Program-made: the position numbers and the translations under genes
The notes under the pieces: generated by a model
Databases searched by the model: none
Told to the model about the DNA's origin: nothing
The model's input: only the letters and a program-made list of their open reading frames with translations
DNA from: an uncultured Clostridia bacterium
GTDB taxonomy: Bacteria > Bacillota > Clostridia > TANB77 > CAG-508
Direction of reading: 5' to 3'
Length of the DNA: 55,276 bases
Assembly (NCBI GenBank): GCA_947626865.1
Contig: CANQTZ010000002.1
Coordinates: 1 to 55,276 of the forward strand
In this document: positions 1-10,482 of the stretch, one piece after another
Numbering within the stretch: position 1 is the first letter of the stretch
How the letters are laid out: every line of letters begins with the position of its first letter

Positions 1-77
1 TATCTGTTTCTTGCATCTTTTTTCCTCCTTTTATAAAAAAATAATATGATGTGCTTTTTATTTTCACACACCATATT

Positions 78-100
78 GGTTCTTTGTCAAGTTAGTTGAT
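78..100. repeat. IS left terminal inverted repeat
   Basis: GGTTCTTTGTCAAGTTAGTTGAT, the exact reverse complement of 1705-1727. Confidence 0.9.
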
Positions 101-154
101 GTTAAATGTGATATATGATAGAATATCCTCTGTAGAAATACGGAGGATATAATT

Positions 155-1704
155 ATGGAATTAGAAGAATTAATACAAGAATTGGACAAAAAATTAATAG
201 TAACAAAAAAAGAAATAATAGATGGAATAATGTATATATATTGTGAAACAAAGAAACAAAAAACAAAATGTAAATATTGTGGAGAAGAAAGTGAAACTGT
301 ACATAGCACATACACTAGAATAATATCAGATTTACCAATACAAAATTACAAGGTAAAATTAGTAATAAAAGTAAAAAAATATTTCTGTAACAACGAAAAG
401 TGTAAAAAAACAACATTTGCAGAGCCACTTAATTTTGTTGATAAAAATGCAATTCGAACCAAAAGATTAGATGAATATATAAATAAAGTTGGATTAACTA
501 CAAGTTCAATAGAAGCTAAAAAACAAATAAATGAAACACATGTAGATATTTCAAATAATACCATACTTAGAATAATAAAAAAAAAACAAAAATAGAAATT
601 GATTATGAGGTTGAGAACTTAGGAATAGATGATTTTTCATCAAAGAAGAGAGAAATATTTAATACAATATTTGTAGATAATGATAAAAAGAAAAAAGTAG
701 AGGTAATAAACTCGAGAGAAAAAGAAGATGTTGTAGAAAAACTAAAATTATTTAAAAAAGTAAAAACAGTAACAAGGGATTTTTCACAAACATACAAAAA
801 TGCTATAGAAGAGGCATTACCTAAGGCTAAGCAAATAGTAGATAGATTTCACATATTTAAAAACTTAACAGATGATTTAAATGAGTATATAAAAAGAAAT
901 ATAAAAGAAACAATAAAAATGGTTGATAATAAGAATAAAGAAGTAATTGAAGAAGAAATTATATTAAATAGAAGACAAAGAAATAAAAAAGAATCAGCAG
1001 AAAAAAAATGGCAAACGATACAAGAAGTTCAAAAACTATATCAAGAAGGTCATAATAAAAGTGATATAGCAAAGAAATTGAATATATCAAGACAAACAAT
1101 ATATAGATATTTAGAGCAAAAACAACCATTAGAGAGATCTACAAATTCAATATTGGATCCATTTGTTCCAATGATAAAAAAGCTAATACTTGAGGGAAAA
1201 AAAGTTTTTGAAATATACGATGAGATACGAGCTAATGGATATAAAGGAAAAACCTCGCTTTTTACAAGTAGATTAAGAGGCATTAGACAGGAAGCTAAGA
1301 TAAATGTAAAATATTTAAAAAGAAGTAAAATCAAAAAGCTACTTTTTTATGATATAGAAGAAATTAAAGATGAGAACTTAAAAAATGATTTAAAAGAATA
1401 TTTAGAAACCAACCAAGAGTTAAATGAACTTTTTAATATGATAAGAAAATTTAAAGAAATAGTATTTTCAAAAAAACCTAGGAAATTAGCAAAATGGATA
1501 AGAGATGCAAAAAAAATTAATGTAAAGGAGCTTAATAGCTTTGTTACATTAATTGAAAGTGATATTGATGCTGTAAAAAATGCAATCAAATATGACTATA
1601 GTAATGGCTTAACAGAAGGATTTAATAATAAAACAAAAGTAATAAAAAGAGTGATGTATGGTAGATGTAGCTTCGATTTGCTACGTCTAAAAATATTAGC
1701 ATAA
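155..1704 (+). pseudogene. ISL3 transposase with its reading frame broken by a -1 change in an A10 tract
   Basis: The N-terminal zinc-finger part (CKYCGEE...FCNNEKC) ends at TAG 593-595. The -1 frame is open from the A10 run at 577-586 and reads KKKTKIEIDYEVENLGIDDFS...VTRDFSQTY...NGLTEGFNNKTKVIKRVMYG (DDE-type ISL3 motifs) through to 1704. Confidence 0.8.
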
Positions 1705-1727
1705 ATCAACTAACTTGACAAAGAACC
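1705..1727. repeat. IS right terminal inverted repeat
   Basis: ATCAACTAACTTGACAAAGAACC, the exact reverse complement of 78-100. Confidence 0.9.
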
Positions 1728-1849
1728 ACCATATTATACACCCTGATTTTCGCACTTTCATTATATCATTTTTGTACATTTTTTACTAGTTTTTAAAGTG
1801 ATTTCTTTTCATTTTCTTTATTTACATAACTTGACTTTTTAAACAATTT

Positions 1850-3289
1850 CTACTTGTACAAAGCTGGGCGAAAACCACAAGTGACGTAGCTGTCGGAAGT
1901 GCTATAGAAATCGCGGCTAGAAGCTGGACCGAAGGGACTGGCGCTACCGTAGTAGCCGTAACTGCCTCCCCTATAGCCACAAGGAAAGTTGGAATTCGCA
2001 GTATATCGCTCTAATGTCCATTCAGATACATTTCCTGCTATATCATATATATTTAATACTCTATTTATTTCACTTGCTCCTGTTGTTAATAATATTTTAC
2101 CAGTATCATCACTCGATGTAATAGATGCTGGCTTTGTATAACTTCCTGATACTTCTGTGAAGTTTTTTCCACTATCAGTTGAATACTTTCCTTTTGTAAC
2201 TGTAAATGTTGCATTTAAGTAATTTCCCCAACTGGTTGAATCTGAGTTTAATTCAGCTTGTATTTTTCCTTCTTTTGTTTCTATATGCTTCATCACTAAA
2301 TCCCATTGGATTCCAAACATTAAACTACTTTCACATTCTCCAGAATTCATACTACTTGCTTTCTCTTGTGCTTGTTTACATGTTACGTAATTATATGGAT
2401 ATGCTCCTTCTTTACATACTGGATCTGTTAATTCAGCATTCTTGCTTGTTCTTAGTGTTTCTGTCCCCATCTCGTATTGCCCTATCCAGAATCCTCCATT
2501 TTCATATACACTTTTTAACATCTTATGTTTTAAATTATCATACTCGGTTGATGATTTAAATCCATGTTGTTCTTCTGATTTCCATTCATCTACATAATTT
2601 GTTTTTCTATAGTCCTTTGCATAATTTTGTAATACTTTTTCAATCTTGTTATAATCTTCTGCATTAGTTGGTGCCTCAGTTGCATTAGTTCCACCAGTAG
2701 TATAGTCTATATTATTATATATACTCTTTGGCACTTCTATCCATACGTAACTATTTCCAGTCTCTTTTTCTTTTATTACTAATCCTGTACTTAAGTCAGT
2801 TCCTGCCTCTTGACTAAAATCACTACTTGGCAAATATGGCTTGGTGTTTTCTGTTGATGGCAAGCTTCCTCCTGTATCTCCTATTTTTCCATATAACTCT
2901 GCATATTCTATTTTTTGATTATCTTTACTTATAAAATAATCTGATTCTGCTTCTTGTACATAATCTTTTCCTGTTAATATTTCTTGTATTTTTTCATTTG
3001 TTATACTTCCGTCTCCACCATTTGCTAAATCATTTGTTACATAATCTGCTATGTCTAATTTTGCCTGCTCTTTTACATCCTCTCTTTGTGTCTCCTCTTT
3101 TGCTGTATTTGCCTTACTTAATATGCCATTCTCCCCTGTTAATGTCGCAATACTTACTGCAGCTAAGATTAACAAGACAATTATCGTAATTACGAGTGCT
3201 ATCAAAGTTATTCCTTTCGTTTTTTCTTTTGCCCTCTCCCTTGCTTGGTTCACATCAAAAAAATCCTCATTTTTTGCTTTGTTCAACAT
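1850..3289 (-). CDS. Surface protein: pilin-like N-terminal anchor plus C-terminal FGE-sulfatase (SUMF1-like) domain with a VR-like tail
   Basis: N-terminus KGITLIALVITIIVLLILAAVSIATL resembles a prepilin-type leader/TM segment. C-terminal GFWIGQYEMG...NIYDIAGNVSEWT...RGGSYGYYGSASPFGPASSRDFYSTSDSYVTCGFRPAL matches the FGE/SUMF1 fold used by DGR targets. Confidence 0.75.
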   Translation of the reverse strand: MLNKAKNEDFFDVNQARERAKEKTKGITLIALVITIIVLLILAAVSIATLTGENGILSKANTAKEETQREDVKEQAKLDIADYVTNDLANGGDGSITNEKIQEILTGKDYVQEAESDYFISKDNQKIEYAELYGKIGDTGGSLPSTENTKPYLPSSDFSQEAGTDLSTGLVIKEKETGNSYVWIEVPKSIYNNIDYTTGGTNATEAPTNAEDYNKIEKVLQNYAKDYRKTNYVDEWKSEEQHGFKSSTEYDNLKHKMLKSVYENGGFWIGQYEMGTETLRTSKNAELTDPVCKEGAYPYNYVTCKQAQEKASSMNSGECESSLMFGIQWDLVMKHIETKEGKIQAELNSDSTSWGNYLNATFTVTKGKYSTDSGKNFTEVSGSYTKPASITSSDDTGKILLTTGASEINRVLNIYDIAGNVSEWTLERYTANSNFPCGYRGGSYGYYGSASPFGPASSRDFYSTSDSYVTCGFRPALYK

Positions 3290-3459
3290 ATTTTTTTCCT
3301 CCTTCGTTTCTTAGTTACTCACAACTTCTATTAAAATTATAACATATGACGTTTAACTTCACAATACTTTTGTATGTCATTTTTTATTTTTAATAATTTC
3401 GTAATAAAATTGTAACACTTTTGTAATATTGCAATTTTCCACTACAAAAATATAGTCAA

Positions 3460-3504
3460 ATAAAAAAACATTAAATACTATCAATTTATATTGTATTTAA
3501 TGTT
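3460..3504 (-). terminator. Rho-independent terminator downstream of obg
   Basis: Perfect 12-bp stem (3467-3478 pairs with 3493-3504), followed on the minus strand by a T-run. Confidence 0.7.
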
Positions 3505-3512
3505 TTAATAAA

Positions 3513-4802
<1,290 letters not shown>

Positions 4803-4820
4803 CTAAACTGTGAATGTGTT

Positions 4821-5840
4821 TCAATCTTCTCTTGAAAAATAGTTAAGCATCATCGCTTTTTTTACCTTTTTCATCGTTTGCTTTGCTGTTTCTTGAGCTT
4901 TTTTTGTTCCTTCTTGCAAAATCTTATCTACTTCCTCTAAATGTGCCTCATAATATGCTCTTTTTTCCCTAATTGGCTTTAATGTATCTGCAATATTTTT
5001 AGCTAATTGCTTTTTGCATGCTACACATCCTCTTTTGCCAGCTCTGCATTCTTCACATACTGCTTTTACATCTTCTGGTTTAGTAAACAAATTGTGATAG
5101 TATGCTACCATACATATATCAGGATTTCCTAAATCGTCCTTTTTTATACGCTTTGGGTCAGTTACAGCACTCATTACTTTTTTGCTTATTTCTTCTTCAC
5201 TATCAGATAAATAGATGGCATTTCCTAAAGATTTTCCCATTTTTTCGTTTCCATCTAATCCTTTTATTCTTTTTGCACTTGATAATACTGCTTCTGGCTC
5301 TGTTAGAACCTCACCATAAATACTATTAAATTTTCTTACAATTTCCCTACATTGCTCAATTAATGGCAATTGGTCTTCTCCAACTGGTACCAATTTTCCT
5401 TCAAATGCTGTTATATCTGCTGCTTGGCTTACAGGATATCCTAAAAATCCATAAGTTACACTTTCCCCAAAAATTTCTCTTTTTTGAGCAATTTCTGTTT
5501 TTACAGTTGGATTTCTTTGAAGTCTTGCTATTGTTACTAAGTTAGAATAAAAAACTGTTAATTCAGCTACTTCTGGTATCATAGATTGAATATAAATTGT
5601 AGTTTTTTTAGGGTCAATTCCACAAGATAAATAATCTATTGCAATCTCTCTAACGTTTTTTCGTACTTTTTCTGGATTATTAAAATTGTCTGTTAATGCT
5701 TGCACATCAGCAATTAATATATATGGATCATATTCTCCACTTTCTTGTAATTCTATCCTTTTTTGTAATGAACCAAAATAATGCCCTATATGTAATTTTC
5801 CAGTTGGTCTATCTCCAGTCAAAATTCTTTTTTTCTCCAT
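4821..5840 (-). CDS. trpS: Tryptophan--tRNA ligase
   Basis: HIGH-type motif TGKLHIGHY and KMSKS-type KMGKS. Start placed at ATG 5840 (MEKKRILTGD) behind GAAAGGGA, because the longer ORF-track N-terminus overlaps prs. C-terminal Cys cluster CEECRAGKRGCVAC. Confidence 0.9.
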   Translation of the reverse strand: MEKKRILTGDRPTGKLHIGHYFGSLQKRIELQESGEYDPYILIADVQALTDNFNNPEKVRKNVREIAIDYLSCGIDPKKTTIYIQSMIPEVAELTVFYSNLVTIARLQRNPTVKTEIAQKREIFGESVTYGFLGYPVSQAADITAFEGKLVPVGEDQLPLIEQCREIVRKFNSIYGEVLTEPEAVLSSAKRIKGLDGNEKMGKSLGNAIYLSDSEEEISKKVMSAVTDPKRIKKDDLGNPDICMVAYYHNLFTKPEDVKAVCEECRAGKRGCVACKKQLAKNIADTLKPIREKRAYYEAHLEEVDKILQEGTKKAQETAKQTMKKVKKAMMLNYFSRED

Positions 5841-5907
5841 ATTAAAATTCATCCCTTTCTTTCTATTTTTGTTCAGAAGTCGCACATTCACACACACCGA
5901 AATAATA

Positions 5908-6849
5908 CTACATTTCAAATAATTCTCCAAGTGGTCTTTCTTCATTAATACGTTGTATAGTTTCTGCAAATAATGGTGCAATAGATAATACTGTAATATT
6001 TTCAATTCTTTTTTCTTCTGGTACTGGAACTGTGTTTGTTACTACCATTTCTCTAATACCTGAATTTTTTATCCTCTCAATTGCAGGTCCAGATAAAATA
6101 CCATGTGTTGCACCTGCATATATATTTTTAACTCCAAATTTTTGTAATACTTTTACAGTTTCTATTATAGAACCTGCTGTATCGATTTCATCATCAAATA
6201 TAATTGCATTTTTATCTTTAACATCACCAATAATTGTACTTGCTATTGCTCTATCATCATTTGCTTCTCTTCTTTTATCAACTAATGCAATTGGACAGCC
6301 AAAATATTCCGAATATTTATATGCTTTTTTAGAACTTCCTGCATCTGTTGCAACAATTACCATATCTTCTAGATTTTTTTCCTTAAAATATGTTTCTAAT
6401 AGATGTTCTGCTGTTAATCTATCACAATTTATATTAAAATATGCTTGTATTGCTGGGTTGTGTAAGTCGCAAGTTATAACTCTAGTAGCTCCTGCCGCTT
6501 CTAAAATTTGAGCCATCAATTTAGCTGTAATTGGTATACGTGGTTGGTCTTTTTTGTCTGATCTTGAATATGGATAATAAGGTAATACTACATTTACATT
6601 TTTAGCAGATGCTCTTTTGGCAGCATCTATTGTAATTAATAATTCCATTATTCTTTCATTTACTGGTGGCTTTGTAGTTTGTATAATATATACATCTTTT
6701 TGTCTTATAGTTTCTTGAATTTGTACAAAGTTGTTATCATTTTTGAATTTTTGATGAGTTATTTTTCCCATTTCTACATTTAAGCAATCACATACTTCTT
6801 TTGTGAATTCTTCTGCTGTTGGACAAGCAAATATTTTAATATTTTTCAT
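5908..6849 (-). CDS. prs: Ribose-phosphate pyrophosphokinase
   Basis: Full-length PRPP synthetase similarity, with a PRPP-binding loop DDEIDTAGS. Confidence 0.9.
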   Translation of the reverse strand: MKNIKIFACPTAEEFTKEVCDCLNVEMGKITHQKFKNDNNFVQIQETIRQKDVYIIQTTKPPVNERIMELLITIDAAKRASAKNVNVVLPYYPYSRSDKKDQPRIPITAKLMAQILEAAGATRVITCDLHNPAIQAYFNINCDRLTAEHLLETYFKEKNLEDMVIVATDAGSSKKAYKYSEYFGCPIALVDKRREANDDRAIASTIIGDVKDKNAIIFDDEIDTAGSIIETVKVLQKFGVKNIYAGATHGILSGPAIERIKNSGIREMVVTNTVPVPEEKRIENITVLSIAPLFAETIQRINEERPLGELFEM

Positions 6850-6851
6850 TT

Positions 6852-7796
6852 TTATTCATTCCTTTCTTTCTCTCCATTGTACTCATTTACTAAATATAAT
6901 GGTCTATTTTTAGTTTCATTAAAGATTCTTCCTAAATATTCTCCAATTATTCCAAATAACAATATTTGAATGCCTGAGAAGAATAAAATTAAAAGTATAA
7001 TTGCTTGATATGCTTGCATAACTTGATGTACTATAAAACATTTAGCTATTACATAAATAAGATATATAAATAATGCTATAAACGTTGGTATTGCAATAAA
7101 TGTAGATATTCTTAATGGCGATGTTGTAAAAGATGTAATTCCATCAATTGCTAAATCTATTAATTTCATATAATTCCATTTTGTTTTGCCTGCAATTCTT
7201 GGATCTCTATCATATAAAACTTCCTTCTTTTTGTAACCTATCCAACTAAACATACTTTTCATGTTACGCTGTGATTCTCTTAATTTTTTTAAGGCGTTTA
7301 CACATCTTCTATCTAATAATCTAAAATTACCTGTATCTCGTTGAATTTCAACCCTTGTTACATGTTGTAATACTTTATAATACATTTTTGCTGTGAATTT
7401 TTTTAGCCATGTTTCTCCTTTTCTTGATTTTCTTCTAGCATATACATCATCATAGCCTTCTTCCCAATATTTTACTAGCTCTGGAATGATTTCTGGTGGG
7501 TCTTGTAAATCTGCATCCATAATTATTACACTATCGCCTGTTGCATAATCAATTCCTGCCATCATTGCTATTTCTTGTCCAAAATTTCTAGCAAAGTCAA
7601 TGTAGCTTACTCTTTCGTCTTCTTGTCTCATTTCTTTTATAATTTCTAATGTATTGTCCTTACTTCCATCATTAATAAAAAGGATTTCAAATTCATAATT
7701 TTCCATACTTTCCATTAATTTGTCTAATCGTTCTTTTAATACTGGTAATGCTTCTGCTTCGTTATAAGCTGGTATAATAATACTAATTTTTTTCAT
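6852..7796 (-). CDS. GT2 polyprenyl-phosphate glycosyltransferase (GtrB/CsbB-like)
   Basis: IIIPAYNE...INDGSKD...MDADLQDPPE motifs and two C-terminal TM helices. Confidence 0.85.
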   Translation of the reverse strand: MKKISIIIPAYNEAEALPVLKERLDKLMESMENYEFEILFINDGSKDNTLEIIKEMRQEDERVSYIDFARNFGQEIAMMAGIDYATGDSVIIMDADLQDPPEIIPELVKYWEEGYDDVYARRKSRKGETWLKKFTAKMYYKVLQHVTRVEIQRDTGNFRLLDRRCVNALKKLRESQRNMKSMFSWIGYKKKEVLYDRDPRIAGKTKWNYMKLIDLAIDGITSFTTSPLRISTFIAIPTFIALFIYLIYVIAKCFIVHQVMQAYQAIILLILFFSGIQILLFGIIGEYLGRIFNETKNRPLYLVNEYNGEKERNE

Positions 7797-7810
7797 TTAT
7801 ATAAATCTCC

Positions 7811-8227
7811 TTACTTACTTTTAAAAGCAAAAAATTTGCTAATAAAAAAATTTAAAATAATAACAATTACTGTTACGAAAATTTTACTTATCATTTCTGG
7901 AATTGGCGTTTGGAATAATAGAAATCCTCCTACAAATTCTACAACCATTGTAAATGCTCTTCCTGCTATAAATTTCAAAAATTCATGAAATTTTTCTTTT
8001 ACGTTTTTAGCTTTTGAATGGAATACTAAATCTTTATTTGTAATATAAGCAAAAAGTACTGCTAAAATTATAGATATAAAATTAGCTAAATTTTCATTCC
8101 ATCCTAAGCAATTATTCATAATATAAAAAGAACCAAAGTTAACAAGTGTTGTAAACACTCCAAAAACGGCATATAATATAACTTCTTTAGTAAATACTTT
8201 TTTAAATATTTGTTTTATTTTCTCCAT
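7811..8227 (-). CDS. GtrA-family membrane protein
   Basis: 138 aa with four predicted TM segments. Position and size are typical of GtrA next to a GtrB-like GT2. Confidence 0.75.
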   Translation of the reverse strand: MEKIKQIFKKVFTKEVILYAVFGVFTTLVNFGSFYIMNNCLGWNENLANFISIILAVLFAYITNKDLVFHSKAKNVKEKFHEFLKFIAGRAFTMVVEFVGGFLLFQTPIPEMISKIFVTVIVIILNFFISKFFAFKSK

Positions 8228-9168
8228 TATTCTTTCCTCAATTTTTCTATTTGTTGATATCTTAATAAATTTAACTCGTAATCTTCTTTATGTTGTTTTA
8301 CAATAGTATGCAATATAACTCCACATTGCGCAGTTATAACAGATAATGTAATAATTCCTGTTGCTAAGATTGCAGATGGTACTTTTGAAATGTAATGTGT
8401 TTTAAAATATTCTATTAATACTGGCATTCCAATTATTAATCCTAATATGAATAGTATAACCGCAATTATTGTAAAGAATGGTAATGGCTTGTAATTTTTA
8501 AACATATTTACTATTGTTTTTATTACTTTTATTCCATCTCCAACTGTATTTAATTTTGAGGTGCTTCCTTCTGGTCTATCTCTATATACAATTGGTATTT
8601 CTTCAATTCTGTATTTTTTGTCTAAAGCATATAAGGACATTTCTGTTTCTATTTCAAATTTTGGACTTAATACTGGCATATTTTTGACAAACATTTTATT
8701 AAATGCTCTATAACCTGTCATTATGTCTTTTAAGTTTGTTTTAAAAAGTACATTAATTCCTTTTCTTACTAAGTTATTTCCAAATTCATGAAAATGCCTT
8801 TTATTTTCTTTTTGATATGTACCATTTGATAGTCTATCACCAATTGTCATATCTGCTGTTCCATTTCTGATTGGCTCTATTAATTGATGTACAAATTCGG
8901 CAGGATATGTGTCATCTCCATCTACCATAATATAAATGTCTGCATCAATTTCTCGAAACATAGTTCTTACAACATTTCCTTTGCCTTGTCTATTTTCTTT
9001 TCTAACAATTGCTCCTGCCTCTTTTGCTATTTGTGCTGTTTTATCTTTTGAATTGTTATCATATACATAGATTTCGGCTTCTGGTAATTCTTTTTTAAAA
9101 TCTTCTATTACTTTTTTTATCGTAAGTTCCTCATTATAACATGGTATTAATAAAGCTATTTTTTCCAT
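8227..9168 (-). CDS. GT2 glycosyltransferase with C-terminal membrane anchor
   Basis: LIPCYNEE...YDNNSKDKT...VDGDDTY motifs and C-terminal TM helices. Confidence 0.85.
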   Translation of the reverse strand: MEKIALLIPCYNEELTIKKVIEDFKKELPEAEIYVYDNNSKDKTAQIAKEAGAIVRKENRQGKGNVVRTMFREIDADIYIMVDGDDTYPAEFVHQLIEPIRNGTADMTIGDRLSNGTYQKENKRHFHEFGNNLVRKGINVLFKTNLKDIMTGYRAFNKMFVKNMPVLSPKFEIETEMSLYALDKKYRIEEIPIVYRDRPEGSTSKLNTVGDGIKVIKTIVNMFKNYKPLPFFTIIAVILFILGLIIGMPVLIEYFKTHYISKVPSAILATGIITLSVITAQCGVILHTIVKQHKEDYELNLLRYQQIEKLRKE

Positions 9169-10464
9169 TTTATCCTCCCAATACTACTTAATTTTTTGCT
9201 ATCTATACATTCTATCATGGCACATAAAATGCCAAATATCGCTACTGCTTGGGCTCTATATGTAAAATATGAATGTACTGAAGAATGCCCTGCAAAAGTG
9301 AAATACCAAATATAAGGATACATTGCCACTAATAAAACAGGAATTATTATTTTCATATTTTTTATGTTTTTCTTGTTTTTTATCATTACCACACCCCATA
9401 TTAACGCCATTACAATGAACATAAATAATAAGGCTGAATTATATAAATATTTTAAGTTTTCATATATAGCACCAAATCTTGTTGTTGGATATTCCTCGCT
9501 TCCATTTACTCTAAATAAGATGTTATTAATTGCAATTATTATAACATTTTTTTGTAAAATAATCGATGCTATTATCCATTTTGATAAAAATATTGTTATA
9601 TAAGCAATACACCACAAAATTGATACTTTTATTATTTCTATTATTAATTTTTTTATATCTACTCCTTGTCTATGTTTTAATAATATTACACAAAGCAGTG
9701 GCATTCCTAGTGTTAGTATTGGTGCTGTTAATAAGTCAAAAAATGTTGTTAATCCTCCTAAGATGAAGAATATATATGGGTATAATTTTTCTGCCTTTGT
9801 TTTATATAACATATTAACTAAAATTACGGCAAGTAATGTAATTGCAAATACTCCGTATATATTGTACAGAAACTGGTACAATAAAGAAGCAAACTGCAAG
9901 CATTGAAAACATAAATGCCATTGCATGCATCCAACTTAAGTTTTTAGAAATATACAGCATTGCAATTCCTAACAGTACAAAACTAATTACCATAAATAAA
10001 TATCGTATTTCTTCATAATTGAAAAGTAATAATAATGGTCTTATTACTGTTTGTATTCCATGCCAATACCTTGAATATTCCTGATTATTATATATTTCTT
10101 GATTATCCAAAGTTTGCTCTAATGATAAATATTGGTTGCCTCCTTCTTCTGAATATCTTGAATTTTCAAAAGCTCTTACAAATACACTTTCTGATGGTCC
10201 TGTTCCTTTATTCATAGCTGTATTTAAAATAAGTAAATCAGTGAACCCATCTAGTTTAGCACCTTCTACATAATTACCAAATAAAGGATTTAAATCAGCA
10301 TTTAATATAAATTCTTTAGATTCCCTCAAATGACCTTGTATTCTTTCATTTGGAAGTGCATAAGTTGCTATCATACTTGCACAAAATAATACTAGCATAA
10401 CAATAAAAATAATAAAATATATAATTACTTGTTTTAGTATTTTTCTTATCTTTTCAGATTTCAT
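9156..10464 (-). CDS. Polytopic membrane protein, continuous only if the frame advances +1 at CGG-A (9855-9852)
   Basis: ORFs 9814-10464 and 9156-9926 overlap. Reading ...GTA CAA TAT ATA [C] GGA GTA TTT GCA ATT joins ...FFIVPVSVQYI to GVFAITLLAVILV..., an uninterrupted hydrophobic protein. Confidence 0.6.
9852..9855 (-). other. In-frame CGG-A site coinciding with a +1 frame change
   Basis: Minus strand ATA CGG AGT. The downstream ORF is in the +1 frame starting at GGA. Confidence 0.7.
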
Positions 10465-10482
10465 TTTTTTCTCCTAATTGTA

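Larger units (their letters stand above)
78..1727 (+). mobile_element. ISL3-family insertion sequence (1650 bp)
   Basis: Perfect 23-bp terminal inverted repeats GGTTCTTTGTCAAGTTAGTTGAT at 78-100 and, reverse-complemented, at 1705-1727. Identical 8-bp direct repeats ACCATATT at 70-77 and 1728-1735 flank the element as a target-site duplication. An ISL3-type transposase lies inside. Confidence 0.9.

Noticed and set aside
1-16. 5' end of a minus-strand gene (GGAGG then ATG at 16-14, reading MQETD…) running off the left edge
   Set aside because: Only five codons are visible, which is too little to annotate. It does show that the IS inserted upstream of this gene.
5841-5907. T-box leader expected upstream of trpS in Firmicutes
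   Set aside because: The gap between the prs stop and the trpS start is only 67 nt. It contains no T-box or specifier-loop structure.
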